From: Octopus sinensis
Taxonomy: Eukaryota
Direction of reading: 5' to 3'
DNA: 64,000 nucleotides
Assembly: GCF_006345805.1 (NCBI RefSeq)
Contig: NC_043018.1
Span: 18,104,001-18,168,000, forward strand
Shown: in pieces, positions 40,955-54,853 of the stretch
Position numbering within the stretch: the first letter of the stretch is position 1
Layout of the letters: each line of letters starts with the position of its first letter
Made by a program: the position numbers and the translations under genes
Notes under the pieces: model-generated
What the model was told of the DNA's origin: nothing
Database searches by the model: none
What the model saw: only the letters and a program-made list of their open reading frames with translations

Positions 40955-41224
40955 TGGTATACATATACATCCACATCTAACTGTATAAGTACGTATAACA
41001 TTTAATACATATAGCAGTTATGTCGACACAATTATAGTTACATCACTATTCTAAATCGCTATGAAATTGTGCTCCTATTATTTACTATTTTTCCTAAACT
41101 AAATGTTTTCTGACACACCACACACACACGTACATACGTGCGCTCATATACATGTATATGTGTAAGTGTATGTATATATATATATATATATATATACATA
41201 CATATATATATATATGTATATACA

Positions 41225-41329
<105 letters not shown>

Positions 41330-42120
41330 GTATGATGTATATATACCTTTAACACCTACGGAGGTATTTTGTAAATAATAGTGTATTTGGAACTGAAAAT
41401 TTGAAAACTTTTTGAATTTAATATACTGAATGCTTTCGCTAGCTAACTTTGATTACTTCCTGCTGTAAAAATAAAACTTTTCATTTTGGTCAGTAATTTT
41501 TTACAGAGTATATTTTCTACGGTATTATATGATATTCTTCCATCTTGTTAAATACACAATAAATTTAATATACGCTCTATCACTAGATATATGTTTAATG
41601 CTGCCCGTTTGTAAATAGTTATTTTATAGGTATACAATATTCTGAGAATATATGTAGGCGTAGATGGAGATTTGTTTATCTACATCGTCCTTCCGTTTAA
41701 TGAGACCTTGTCCTTATTAAATATTTGCCATAAACAGAAAGTTATACGTAAATACACCGCCTTAATTCCTTGGGAACGTGTGAAGTGGATTCACGTTTCG
41801 TTTAGAATATATTCTATAATTTACCTGTCAGTAACATTCATTAATTTCTACTGGAGATTCCTGAAAGACGAAACAATTGATTTCGTAACAACAGTTTTCA
41901 TGTATAATTTTTGTTTTGTAGATTAATCATCCTACTGCAATTTTATGAACACATTTCACATCGCTATGTATGTGTTGCGTATATATTAATTGCATTATCA
42001 ATTCGTGCACATACACATACATATATAAACACACGTATACACGCATGTATACACACACATACACACACACACATACATATATACATACACACACACACAT
42101 ATATATATACATATATATAT

Positions 42121-42268
42121 ATATATTTGTGTGACACTATGTACATGTTTGATCAGACACATGTGTGTGTAGGTCTATTTGAAGCTTTACATATATATAT
42201 ATATTTGTGTGACACTATGTACATGTTTGATCAGACACATGTGTGTGTAGGTCTATTTGAAGCTTTAC

Positions 42269-42280
<12 letters not shown>
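42121..42280. repeat. 78-bp tandem duplication
   Basis: ttgtgtgacactatgtacatgtttgatcagacacatgtgtgtgtaggtctatttgaagctttac at 42127 and 42205. Confidence 0.93.
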
Positions 42281-42318
<38 letters not shown>

Positions 42319-42368
42319 ATATTAATATATACATATATTTTTTTCTCTCCCTGTTTTTTTCTGTGTCC

Positions 42369-42404
42369 CTTTCTGTAGAAGAGCGTAGGCTCGAAACGTA
42401 AAAG
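42369..42404 (+). ncRNA. Minimal hammerhead-like motif (core variant CUGUAGA)
   Basis: CTTT-CTGTAGA-A-GAGC-gtag-GCTC-GAAAC-GTA-AAAG. Confidence 0.55.
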
Positions 42405-42469
42405 ACTTTTTCTATTCCTGAGCGTTATACTAATACATCTGTTTGTTTTGAACACCACCTGTCTTTGAT

Positions 42470-42517
42470 ATTTTTGATCAGGTTCGTTTTTTCAAGAAGA
42501 GCCGAAACATGTAAAAT
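42470..42517 (+). ncRNA. Degenerate hammerhead-like motif
   Basis: ATTT-TTGATCA-GGTTC...GAGCC-GAAAC-AT-GTA-AAAT (2 core changes; ACATGT palindromic stem III). Confidence 0.45.
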
Positions 42518-42605
42518 CTCTAAGAAAATTAAAATTCATCTTATATAGTGGCGTTTTCAAACTTCTTTATATATTGCTAAACCTCGCTAAAATAAATATT
42601 TCAAT

Positions 42606-42674
42606 TACCTGAAGATTGACTGTAACCATAACTCGAATTATTACGAATTGGACAGCCATGAAACGACCGTAGTG
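42606..42674 (+). ncRNA. Hammerhead motif with intact core and weak stem I
   Basis: TAC-CTGAAGA-TTGACTGT...ACAGCCAT-GAAAC-gacc-GTA-GTG. Downstream 42745-42810 matches the reverse complement of 19818-19885. Confidence 0.6.
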
Positions 42675-42902
42675 TTTTACTCATTATCTTTTATTAAACG
42701 TTTAATACTTTTGATATATATTTAAAATAATATAAATTAATTAATTTTATGTATTGGCTTAAGTTTTTCATTGTTTGATTTACCTAATAGTGGTTTTATC
42801 TCTAATTTAATATAATATAATATTTTACTATAAAATTGGATTCAATCCTAAATCTGATTTTTCCCTGTAAGTTTGGATTTATTCCCTAATATTTTATTAT
42901 TA

Positions 42903-42956
<54 letters not shown>

Positions 42957-43199
42957 CATATACATATATATATAGATATATTTATTGTTGATGCGATGTC
43001 TTCATTGTGGATAGCATTGTAAATGGTTTTTGCTGCCAAATATAGTTAGCACCGAGCTGTAGCAGAGGATACTTCACCACGACGTTATTCCGAGTATTTG
43101 AACCCGGTACCTTGTGGCTTTGAAGCGAATTTCCGACCGCACGCCCATGTCTTTGCTTATGTATTTCCAGATGTGCATATATCCATATTTATATATCGT

Positions 43200-43930
43200 G
43201 GCACTACGGCGACGAGGGTTCCAGTTGATCCAATCAACGGAACAGCCTGCTAGTGAAATCAACGTGTAAGTGGCTGAGCATTCCATAGTCACGTGTACCC
43301 TGAACGTAGTTCGCGGGAAGATTCAGCGTGACACGGAGTGTGATACGGGTGGCCCTTTTAAATACAGGTACAACAGAAACAGGAAGAATGAGTGGAAGAA
43401 AGAGTACAGTAGGATTCGCCACCACCCCTGTTGGGGCCTCGTGGAGCTTTAGGTGTTTTCGCTCAATAGGGAGGAAGCACTCCGTCGGTTACGACAACGA
43501 GGGTTCCGGTTGATCCGAATCAACGGAACAGCCTGCTCGTGAAATTAACGTGTAAGTGGCTGAGCACTCCACAGACACGTGTACCCTTAACGTAGTTCTC
43601 GGGGATATTCAGCGTGACACAGAGAGTGACAAGGCCGGCCCTTTGAAATACAGGTACAACAGAAACAGGAAGTAAGAGTGAGAGATGGTTGTGGTGAAAG
43701 AGTACAGCAGGGATCACCACCATCCCCTGCCGGAGCTTCGTGGAGCTTTAGGTGTTTTCGCTCAATAAACATTCACAACGCCCGGTCTGGGAATCGAAAC
43801 CGCGATCCTATGACCGCGAGTCCGCTGCCCTAACCACTGGGCCATTGCGCCTCCCTTCGCTCAATAAGCCCTCACAACGTCCGATCGCCCAACCGTGACT
43901 CCGCTGCCCTATCCGCTTGACCATTGCACA
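43200..43930 (-). mobile_element. Older SINE A interrupted by a younger SINE A1 (43469-43855)
   Basis: 11-bp TSD ttcgctcaata at 43458-43468 and 43856-43866; the host SINE resumes after it. Confidence 0.9.
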
Positions 43931-44369
43931 TCCACTACATCTATATATACATACCCGTGTATATCCATGCTTTTGTCTTGTGCCTTCATTCCTGATCTTA
44001 TACTTGTGAATTTCTTGTATCTCTATCTTTAACTTATACATCATATTATTTCCTTGAACACTATTCATCTCCCCCTTCTCTTCTACATCAAACTTGTCTT
44101 CATCTAAATCCCTATTATTTCTCTCCGTCTTTCATTTCAGCAACTTACAAAATTTTAGTTTCTTCCCTAAACGTCCCCTCTTCTAATTTTCTATAATATA
44201 TCAATATTTACGCAGCAATTACTTCTTCAAGTCACTTACTGCCGCCGAGAGGGTTGTCAGCGAAACATTCAAGCAACAGCCACTCTGCATTTCTGTACAA
44301 ACAATTATACACACACACTTGCATTCACATGTGTGAGTGTGTATACATATATGTAAATTTAAGTATATA

Positions 44370-44386
44370 TGTATATGTGTTTGAAC

Positions 44387-44426
<40 letters not shown>

Positions 44427-44630
44427 GCACACAGACACACATATATATATGCATATATATATACATATATACAGTATATACAGTATATATATATACATAT
44501 ATACAGTATATGTATATTCATATATCGATTTCTGTCTGTCTGTCTATCTGTTTACCTATTTATCTATCTATCTACCTACCTATCTATCTATCTATTATAT
44601 ATCTATCATCTATCTATCTATATGTATATA

Positions 44631-44681
<51 letters not shown>

Positions 44682-44773
44682 ATCTATATATCTATCTATC
44701 TATCTATCTATATATCTATCTATCTATCTATCTATCTATATCTATCTATCTATCTATCTATCTACCTCTCTCT

Positions 44774-44805
<32 letters not shown>

Positions 44806-44813
44806 AATATTTA

Positions 44814-44865
<52 letters not shown>

Positions 44866-44870
44866 AATAT
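44370..44870. repeat. Compound (TA)n/(TATC)n microsatellite region
   Basis: Direct reading. Confidence 0.93.
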
Positions 44871-45366
44871 AGTGTGTGTGCGCGCACGCGCTCGCATGGT
44901 GTTGCTACGTTTGTACTCACACAGATGTCTTTTACTAACATTTAGTCTTTTGTGCATGCCCATTCATACCTACACATATCCACGGGCATACACAAAGACG
45001 CAAAATTCACATCAAATCACGTATACGTAATCATTCGCAAAACATCTTACATATCTAAAGCTATTTCCATTTGATGCTATTCGAAATAAATTCAACATAT
45101 AATTTCATAGTTTATTTATCTCAATCTGCTTTTTTAAAATTTTTTTTTTTATTCTGTTATCAAAACTGAAAAATTAAGACCTAAATATTTCAAACATATT
45201 TCTACACGCATAAACACATAAAGAAGAATCAGTTTTGTAAAGATGCATGGATTTTCAGTGTAGATGAGTACATTCCTAATCATACAACTTTATCCTGAGG
45301 GTATCACTTTAAAACGGTTTTAACTCATCATTTCAAGTAATATTATTCCTACTTTTGCTGTGTGGT

Positions 45367-45725
45367 GGAAGCACTCCGTCGGTTACGACGATGAGGGTTC
45401 CGGTTGATCCGATCAACGGAACAGCCTGCTCGTGAAATTAACGTGTAAGTGGCTGAGCACTCCACAGACACGTGTACCCTTAACGTAGTTCTCGGGGATA
45501 TTCAGCGTGACAGAGAGAGTGACAAGGCCGGCCCTTTGAAATACAGGTACAACAGAAACAGGAAGTAAGAGTGAGAGAAAGTTGTGGTGAAAGAGTACAG
45601 CTGGGATCACCACCATCCCTGCCGGAGCCTCGTGGAGCTTTTTAGTGTTTCGATCGTCTGGGGAATCGAAACCGCATCCTACGACCGCGAGTCCGCTGCC
45701 CTAACCACTGGGCCATTGCGCCTCC
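45367..45725 (-). mobile_element. SINE A1 with a small deletion in the head
   Basis: Match to 2491-2878. Confidence 0.9.
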
Positions 45726-46357
45726 AAGTACGAATTACACTTCTCTCAAGTACGAATTCCACTGATCTTTCTATTCAAATACATTTTTGAATTTATTTAT
45801 ATATGTATGTATTTACTTATTCATTAATTGTTACTTATTTCCTCTTTGTTCACAATGTTATTTATTATGCTATGGTTTTCTGTTGTTGCTATTATCCACC
45901 TTGTTCTTGCAGCTATCTTCACACCAGAAGAACAATTCTTTGCTTTTTAAGATGACTTAAATTTGACACTGATTGATGAAGACACTTTTAAAGATATCCT
46001 GAAATTATTGAAACTATTACTTGTTTTAGAGAAAAGGTCGAGAGAGTTGGTAAAAATCAATAGGAAACAATAATTCAAAAATTTCGTTATTTTCTGTTCA
46101 TAACAATTGTCTATTTCGTAGCTGACCTGTCCTCTCTCTCTAGGCAAGCAACTATCTCTTCAAATACTATTATGAAAAGATTTCAACTTTTCATACGTAC
46201 GTGCCTTCACACTTAGAAATCATTCGTAATTAGAAGTCTTCACAGCTACATAGGTATATGTTTGTATGTCTATATATAGAGTGAAAGATAGACAGTTAGA
46301 TATATATATAGATAGATAAATAGACAGACTGACAGGCATATATATATATATATATAT

Positions 46358-46431
<74 letters not shown>

Positions 46432-46470
46432 TATGTATGTAAGTCTATGTTCATAGATATAAATTTATAG

Positions 46471-46506
<36 letters not shown>

Positions 46507-46674
46507 ATAATATATATATATATACACACAACGACTTCGAACCCACAAGTGTGAACAAGAGAGACAGAGCAAGGCAGAAACAAGGAAAATGCCACTTATA
46601 TTTGAACACTATACAAATGTTCCTTTAAAAAAACATTTCTTTTAATTTTTCTAAATCTAATTATTTAATCGTTA

Positions 46675-46712
46675 CAGTTGAAAAGGTCTCAAAATGACTG
46701 AAACCTGTACTG
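46675..46712 (+). ncRNA. Degenerate hammerhead-like motif
   Basis: CAG-TTGAAAA-GGTC-tcaaaat-GACT-GAAAC-ct-GTA-CTG. Confidence 0.4.
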
Positions 46713-46780
46713 AAATGTTCTTTATAAATGAAAAGCATTTTCTATTTTGACTTATTTTTTCATATATATATTACTATATT

Positions 46781-46820
<40 letters not shown>

Positions 46821-46937
46821 TATGCGAATGTGTGTGTGAGTGTGTGTTTGTGTGTGTGTGTGTGTGGTTTATCCGGCTCCTGCTATATTATTAGCATTAT
46901 CCTGCGTTTGAGAATAAAATTATTCTTATCCTATTAG

Positions 46938-47212
46938 TTCTTTTGTCGAATCGCTAAGTTACGGGGACGGAAACACACCACATTGGTCGTTAAGCAATGG
47001 TGGGTGGACAATCACATACACAAATATATATATATTTATATACACATATGTACGACGGGCTTCTTTCAGTTTCCGTCCACCAAATCCACTCACAAGGATT
47101 TGATCGACCTGAGGCTACAGTAGAAGACACTTGGTCAAGACGACACGCATTGCGACCGAACCAGGAACCATGTGGCTGATGTGAAACAAGCTTCTTACCA
47201 CATAGCCATACA
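46938..47212 (-). mobile_element. SINE family B, partial
   Basis: acgacgggcttctttcagtttccgtccaccaaatccactcacaagg...aagcttcttaccacatagcca. Confidence 0.82.
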
Positions 47213-47378
47213 GTACCTATTAGGAAGTTGTGTTCTTACACGAAAAGCACCACAGGTGTAATCGTTTAAGTAGTGTGCGTGCAAAAGATTTAAAGTCGGC
47301 ATATGACGTGTCACTGACGAGCCACTGAGCAAGTAGTTGGCAAGAAGTATACCTTATATATAGTTATTGTTCTTCAAT

Positions 47379-47410
<32 letters not shown>

Positions 47411-47617
47411 TTATTTATATATTTATTTATATATTTATATAGGGAGCAAATAATTCAGGAGAAAATATCTGCGAAGATATTATTGACAGCTGGGGAAATG
47501 TGAAATGTAGTGTTATGCTCAAGAGCACAACATACCGCCTTGTCCAGTAATAGAAGCCATCAAACCACCATTTTTCAATCGTAAGTGTCCATAAGTGTTT
47601 CACATAACATATGTGTA

Positions 47618-47649
<32 letters not shown>

Positions 47650-47681
47650 ATATATATATTATATATATATATATATATATA

Positions 47682-48155
47682 TCTTTATATATAAAAGTCA
47701 AGTTGTGTGTCTGTCTCCTACGATTTAGATTCCTAACTACTCCCACATTTTGCGGTGCAGTTTAACCAAAACCGGGTATCTTATAGTCGTGATTCTTATC
47801 GAGCCCTTCTGGGTATTAGCGCGCGTCTACGATGAGTCTACGATTTTTTAAAAAATTACCATACTTTTTTTCCATTTTAATGCATTTTTTCGCTATTATA
47901 TAAGGGAAGTAACTCTCTAAAATTGTCTACGATGAGTCAACGATTTAAAAAAAAGTTACCATAACTTTTTTCCATTTTAATGCATTTTTTCGCTATTATA
48001 TAAAGGAAGTAACTCTCTAAAAATGTCTACGATGAGTCAACGATTTAAAAAAAAATTACCATCATTTTTTTGCTATTTTTTGGCTATAACTCTCTAAAAA
48101 TGCTTATAAAGTTATTTCCCTTACAAACCCGAGCAACGCCGGGCGATACTGCTAG
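47682..48155 (+). mobile_element. Complete non-autonomous Helitron
   Basis: A|TC...CTAG|T with no TSD; subterminal hairpin cccgagcaacgccggg; internal 100-bp repeats at 47825, 47925 and 48025. Confidence 0.9.
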
Positions 48156-48540
48156 TATATATATATAATTTGAGGATATGTTGACTTCGTAAAGGTATAG
48201 TCACATCCAAAGAAATACTGGTTCAATAGCTAGTATTGTAGGGGAATGAAATTCCCTTAAATCAATTGATATATATTAAGCATATAATTTATATCCAGTC
48301 TACTGAAATGATCTGATAGGTCCTCATATCTCGAGATATAACATCATTTTCTCTGGTGAAATTATGGTCATGTCACATAAATGGAAATTTAACGTACAAA
48401 TTTGTAATTAAATTATTGAATATTAATTGAAACAGCTGTAAGAAGTCCAGATGATCAATTTGTTAATTTGTTAATAATAAATGTTATCTCCCTACTCTCT
48501 ATTTTCCTTTCTTCATTTAACTGGCTATAATATAATAAAC

Positions 48541-48614
<74 letters not shown>

Positions 48615-48749
48615 ATATATATATTCAGACATTCGATATATATACAGGATGATTAATCTACAATATATATACAGACAATTCGAAGATATTGGATCCACAT
48701 TCCGTTGGGGATTATATAATATACGTATACATCCATTTTTCAATATGTA

Positions 48750-48798
<49 letters not shown>

Positions 48799-50088
48799 AC
48801 ACACATACACAAGATATGTTTTTTACTTGTTCGTGGGCAGGCTAGAATTTATAGGTGTTAACATCAGGCGAATTGACGAGAAGATATTCTGTTACATCTA
48901 TAAATTGCAGCCCGCTCACGGACTGGCAAAACACATACCTTGTACATGTGTGTCCTATATATACCTCGGGCTGCTTCTCATTAATATTTGAATGTGTGTG
49001 TTTGTGTATCGCCCCGACTTGCGAAGTTTGTCTCCACTTCTTTCGCTCCTCAGCATTAACTCTCTTTAATCTCTCCCATATCAACTCTTTCTAGCTAGTA
49101 TTGATTCACACATGCTTAAACTCAATAAAATATCTATCAAATTGACTTCCCTAAAAGAGTTCCCAATTTCTGGCAATAAACAAGAGAGTGACGTTACTCG
49201 ACAGGGTTCGGGGCTCGAAGATCAGACAGTCTATCCAGGTGGAGCCGCTACTTCTCCGCGTTGGGAAGTTACAGCTCCGTTACTCAGGACATGTTATAAG
49301 AATGTCACAGGGAAGAATTGCAAGACAAATTCTTGAATCTAAGTAAGAAGATGATGGCTGGATAATATCCATAGTTATTGATGGTTGTACTTGAGAATTC
49401 AGCCAGAAAATTTAATAATGTTTTCTTCAGACCGGATGCTAATGACGAGTCTAATGTCACAACTCTGTCGTGAATAGTATACAGAAATGATGGGTGGATG
49501 GATGGATGGATGAAAGGATAAAGGAGGTGATGGATCAACGGGAGATTAACTATATTAACTCTGGCCTGATCATTTTTCTCAGCTACCCGTCAATCATTTC
49601 ATATAGCTTTATTCCTTAGTATTTTAACAAGAACGGTACGGAATGTTATTCGTATCAGAGACAACTTTGATTTGTTCGATAATTTCAGCCTCTCAGTACA
49701 ATTATACCAGCTTTTCTATCCAACCATAATAGTGCATTGTTACAATCGAAAATATGAAACGTGCTTTTCTATTTCGTTAATTCACATCAATGATCTTCGG
49801 TTTCCGATAAATATGAAAGGCTTCTAATTTGGCAATAATTGTTACCAAAAGCTTCGAGTTCTAACATTTAGAAATGTTTCAATTATACATAAATAACGAA
49901 CAATGTTAAGTGTTTAGGTGCTTCCTATTCAAAATGATGGTTTTTTTTTTATCAAACCTTCGAGTATATCTGTACGTGTATGTGTATGTGCATATGCGTA
50001 TGTGTATGTGTTCGCGGGTACAAGCGCGTGCGCCTATGTGCATGAAGATAGATATATGCATACTTATATATATATATATAATATATAT

Positions 50089-50135
<47 letters not shown>

Positions 50136-50137
<2 letters not shown>

Positions 50138-50429
50138 AGGCGCAATCGCCCAGTGGTTAGGGCAGCGGACTCGCGGTCATGGGATCGCGGTTTCGATTCC
50201 CAGACCGGGCGTTGTGAGTGTTTATTGAGCGAAAAACACCTGAAAAGCTCCACGAGGCTCCGGCAGGGGGTGGTGATCCCTGCTGTACTCTTTCACCACT
50301 CTTTCTCTCTTTCTTATGTTGGCCTGCTCGCTTAGCCAGCGGGGTGGTGTCATTTGAAGGCTAAAACAGTGCGAACGTATTGTGACCAGCGATGTGTAAA
50401 ACAACTGATGGTCTGGTCGGTCACGTGAT

Positions 50430-50437
<8 letters not shown>
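50136..50437 (+). mobile_element. SINE A2, full length
   Basis: A head plus alternative tail ending gtcacgtgatcacgtgat. Confidence 0.9.
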
Positions 50438-50467
<30 letters not shown>

Positions 50468-50526
50468 GTATATAATAAATAATATATATGCATATACACA
50501 CACACACACATATATATAAATATATA

Positions 50527-50562
<36 letters not shown>

Positions 50563-51223
50563 TGTATGTATGTATATGCATATAATGCATATATGGATAC
50601 AGAACATCCCCAACAGTAAGCATGAAATACGAAAACAAATGAGTTTAATACGCAAATAATGGAACAAATGGAAAACAGGACAAGTAACATAAAGAACGAC
50701 CCTTCATCAGTTGTCGGTTTTCTATCTACTCCTCATTTCGAGCATTGAACGACAATATGAATCTTCGAAATCAGATGCCCCCATAAATACCAAAATAAAA
50801 TTTTGGATTTATGGAGGGCTAAAGTTGGGAACAAGAGCAGGACAGTGGACACATACAAGGAAACCAAACAAAAGCAAACATGGAGGGGGTTATGCCAGAA
50901 CGAGAGTGAATTAACAAACGCTGGAGAAATATTTTCTTTGAAAAGAGAAAATATAGAAGAGAGATATAGTAGACGTCCAGTCCTGAAGGGAAAGAAACAT
51001 GATCACGTGGGGAAAAGAAAGTTGGACGATGGTCACGTGTGAGCAACGAGAGAGAGAGCAAACAAAGAAAGAAGAGAGAGAGAGAGAGAGAGAGAGAAAA
51101 CGGCGAATGGGAGAAAAGCGAATTAGAGAAAAGGATAGGGGAGAAAACAGTATGAAGCAGAGTCGTATCAAAAAGAGAAACTCACTTAAAAATGGATGCG
51201 TGGCGTTCAATCAAATAATAATA

Positions 51224-51369
51224 CATTATTTACATTATTTACATTCGATGGATATTTGTCCTCATCTTGTTTGTTGTTAACACAAAGTTTCGGCTGATAT
51301 ACCATCCAGCCTTCGTCAGGTGTCTTGGGGAAATTTCGTACATGGTTCTCATTCCTAAGGTTTTTTCGA

Positions 51370-51371
<2 letters not shown>
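51224..51371 (-). mobile_element. HHR-bearing short repeat (copy 2; HHR at 51279-51324)
   Basis: Minus strand: GACAC-CTGACGA-A-GGCTG-gatggtatat-CAGCC-GAAAC-TT-T-GTGTT; abuts (ATT)n. Confidence 0.8.
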
Positions 51372-51430
<59 letters not shown>

Positions 51431-51461
51431 GCTGTTGTTGTTGTTGTAGTTATTGTTGTTG

Positions 51462-51508
<47 letters not shown>

Positions 51509-51689
51509 TATTTATTTCAATTTTCTTTCCATTTCTTACCGAGTGTCTTCCCGACACATAGAGCAAAGGAACTCACTGTATACGTTGGTAGGCAATAAAC
51601 ACAAACACACCGTTTTCTTCATTTACAAAGTCAAGTTATGTGATAGAAAGGAAAAGGGGAAAATAGAAACGATACATGATTATTATTAT

Positions 51690-52047
51690 TATTCTGTTTG
51701 CCTTTTGCTTTATGTTTGTACAAGTTGGCTCCAAATCTCACCCAGAGACCTCAAGAGACAACAAGTTGGAAGTTGACGTTGTTGTTATGCCTATTGTGCC
51801 ATATATTTTTTTTTTTTGGGGGGGGGGAGTGTTGTACTAGTGAATGTCTAAAAAAAAATTTAAAAAATTTTTTTTTTTAAATGTTTGTTTAAACTTTGAG
51901 ATTACATAGAAAGTATTTTGCGTAGGATATGAGAAGTTCTCATGAGCACTATCTTTTGAATTTCTGCCATTTTGGGGTTTCCTGGTATCTGAGTTAGGTA
52001 GCAATCAGCCCATTTCGCTATCATTCCCAGGGCACCTATGACAACAG

Positions 52048-52050
<3 letters not shown>
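51690..52050 (-). mobile_element. R4/Dong-like LINE 3' end
   Basis: IPVVIGALGMIAKWADCYLTQIPGNPKMAEIQKIVLMRTSHILRKILSM* plus 3' UTR; same family as 31163-32452. Confidence 0.88.
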
Positions 52051-52096
<46 letters not shown>

Positions 52097-52104
52097 GACA
52101 ACAG

Positions 52105-52135
<31 letters not shown>

Positions 52136-52143
52136 GACAACAG

Positions 52144-52177
<34 letters not shown>

Positions 52178-52185
52178 GACAACAG

Positions 52186-52217
<32 letters not shown>

Positions 52218-52330
52218 GTTGTTGTTGTTGTTGTTGTTATTATTGTTATTATTATTACTATTGTTAAAATTATTATTATCATTATTATTATTATTACTAT
52301 TATCATAATCATTATTATTATTATTATCAT
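52038..52330. repeat. (ATT)n tract with four copies of atgacaacaggt
   Basis: Copies at 52038, 52095, 52134 and 52176. Confidence 0.92.
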
Positions 52331-52653
52331 ATTTTTAGTGGTGAGCGGGGAGAAACATTTGCGTGCCGGACAGCACTGGTGTAGATGTAATCAATTAGGG
52401 TCCGACTCGAAATTTCAGGTCTTGTGCCTATATGAGGACGGATTACCATTACAAGTGATAACAGTATTGGTGACGGGCTGGCAGAGTCGTTACTTTGCCG
52501 GACGAAACGATCGGCGGCATTTCTTCCGGTTTTACTTACTCCGTAAGTTTGACTTTGCCTTTCATGCCGTCGGCTTCGAAAGCAATCCACTTAACCTTTC
52601 TCCCGTTCTTGGATGCCTTGTACCATAATTTGAGGCCAATATGTTATTAACAA

Positions 52654-52706
<53 letters not shown>

Positions 52707-53035
52707 TATAAGTCGTAATTGATTGATTGTTGAAAAGCTTAATTATAACAGGAAGTGATGGCTATAAGACTTTCGGAACGGAGGAAAGTCTATTGATTAA
52801 ATAACATTTAATAGATAATGAATTAATGGATTCGGTAGAATGAAAGAGGATGCAGTTCATTATGCTGTTTGAGATGTAAGAGCGCGTAGAAGTTTAAATA
52901 TATACTAGCATCCGTACATATATGTGTTTGTGTTTGCGTGTGTCTCTGCACGTGTATATGTATATGTATATGTGTATGTGTGTGTGCGCGTAATATATAT
53001 ATATATAAGGGAGAAGAATATATATATATATATAT

Positions 53036-53036
53036 G

Positions 53037-53068
<32 letters not shown>

Positions 53069-53086
53069 TAGATAGATAGATAGATG

Positions 53087-53182
<96 letters not shown>

Positions 53183-53202
53183 TATAGATAGATAGATAGA
53201 TG

Positions 53203-53286
<84 letters not shown>

Positions 53287-53310
53287 TAGATAGATAGTTA
53301 TAGATAGATG

Positions 53311-53390
<80 letters not shown>

Positions 53391-53582
53391 TAGTTATAGA
53401 TAGATAGATGGATGGATAGATAGATAGATAGATAGATAGAGATAGATAGATAGATAGATATATAGATAGATATAGATAGATATATAGATAGATAGATAGA
53501 AGATAGATAGATAGATAATATAGATAGATAGATAGATAGTAGTTATAGATAGATAGATAGATAGAGAGATAGATAGATAGAG

Positions 53583-53672
<90 letters not shown>
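53036..53672. repeat. Long (GATA)n microsatellite
   Basis: Direct reading. Confidence 0.98.
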
Positions 53673-53894
53673 TTAAATAGATAGATTGATTGACTGATAG
53701 ATATAGAAATAGATGCAGAGATTTATAAATCCATAGAGAATTTATAAATTTCTGCATCGATATAATTGTGTGTGTGTGTGTGTTCTTCTGCAAAATAGCT
53801 TACAAGACGCCACAGAATATCGAACCAGACACACAAGCTTTAAGTAAGCAGTCTGTATTATTAAGTTAAGCGACCCGTCGTTTAATATATATGC

Positions 53895-54019
53895 AAAATA
53901 TATGTGGTCAGTACCTTGCTTACCAACCACATGGTCCTGGGTTCAGTCCCACTACGTGGAACCTTGGGCAAGTGTCTTCTGCTATAGCCTCGGGCCGGCC
54001 AAGGCCCTGTGAGTGGATT
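53895..54019 (+). mobile_element. SINE B 5' part
   Basis: ttgcttaccaaccacatggtcctgggttcagtcccactacgtggaaccttgggcaagtgtcttctgctatagcc. Confidence 0.82.
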
Positions 54020-54232
54020 ACAACAATTACTACTCTCCTTCCATTATTACCAAATCTAAAACATATAATTTACGAGCGGATGTTATTTGTGAAGAACATG
54101 CGATCTGTAAAGCGGTGCGACATGGTTTCTTTCTATCTAGCTGACTTGAACACAAATATATATACCTGCATGAGTTCATGCATGTATATATATATATACA
54201 TGTATATATATATACATGTATATATATATGTA

Positions 54233-54286
<54 letters not shown>

Positions 54287-54294
54287 ATATATAT

Positions 54295-54474
54295 ATAAGC
54301 AAGGAAAAATTGTAAAAATGCAGAATGCTCAATTGAAAGAAAATTTTAATGAAATGAGAAATTGATAAAATATATAAATATATATTAATTCAAACCGGTT
54401 TTCGTCAATTTCTCATTTCATTAAAATTTTCTTTCAATTGAGCATTCTGCATTTTACAATTTTTCCTTACTTAT
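54295..54474. repeat. Near-perfect ~70-bp inverted repeat with a ~39-nt loop
   Basis: 54295-54365 vs 54405-54474: 1 mismatch and 1 indel. Confidence 0.93.
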
Positions 54475-54516
54475 CATTTCTCCACGTGCGGTCAACACAA
54501 CTCCACCATTTATTGA

Positions 54517-54567
<51 letters not shown>

Positions 54568-54717
54568 AGAATGTTTTGAAATAACTGGCTACCGGTGATT
54601 ATCTGATCAAAACTTGAAGATAGTTTGCATCTAGATTAACGAACAATTCAACATCCTACAGTGTAGAGTGGATAAACGGAAAACAGTAACTGTTAAATCA
54701 AAGGATATTTAAGTGAA

Positions 54718-54801
54718 GACCCTGAAGAAACTGCACTTGTATTAAAGTCTGTTTGCAATTGCAACGGTTACTAATCGAAGCAGTAGAAGCATGTGTAGGT
54801 T
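54718..54801 (+). ncRNA. Hammerhead-like motif (GAAG instead of GAAA)
   Basis: GACC-CTGAAGA-a-ACTGC...GCAGT-a-GAAGC-atgt-GTA-GGTT. Confidence 0.5.
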
Positions 54802-54853
54802 TGTTTGAGGCTGTAACTAATGGTAATGCTACGCTACTTCGAAATAATTGCTA

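Noticed and set aside
47310-47352. CTGACGA-GCCA...TGGC hammerhead-like start
   Set aside because: GAAA core and stems I/III are missing.
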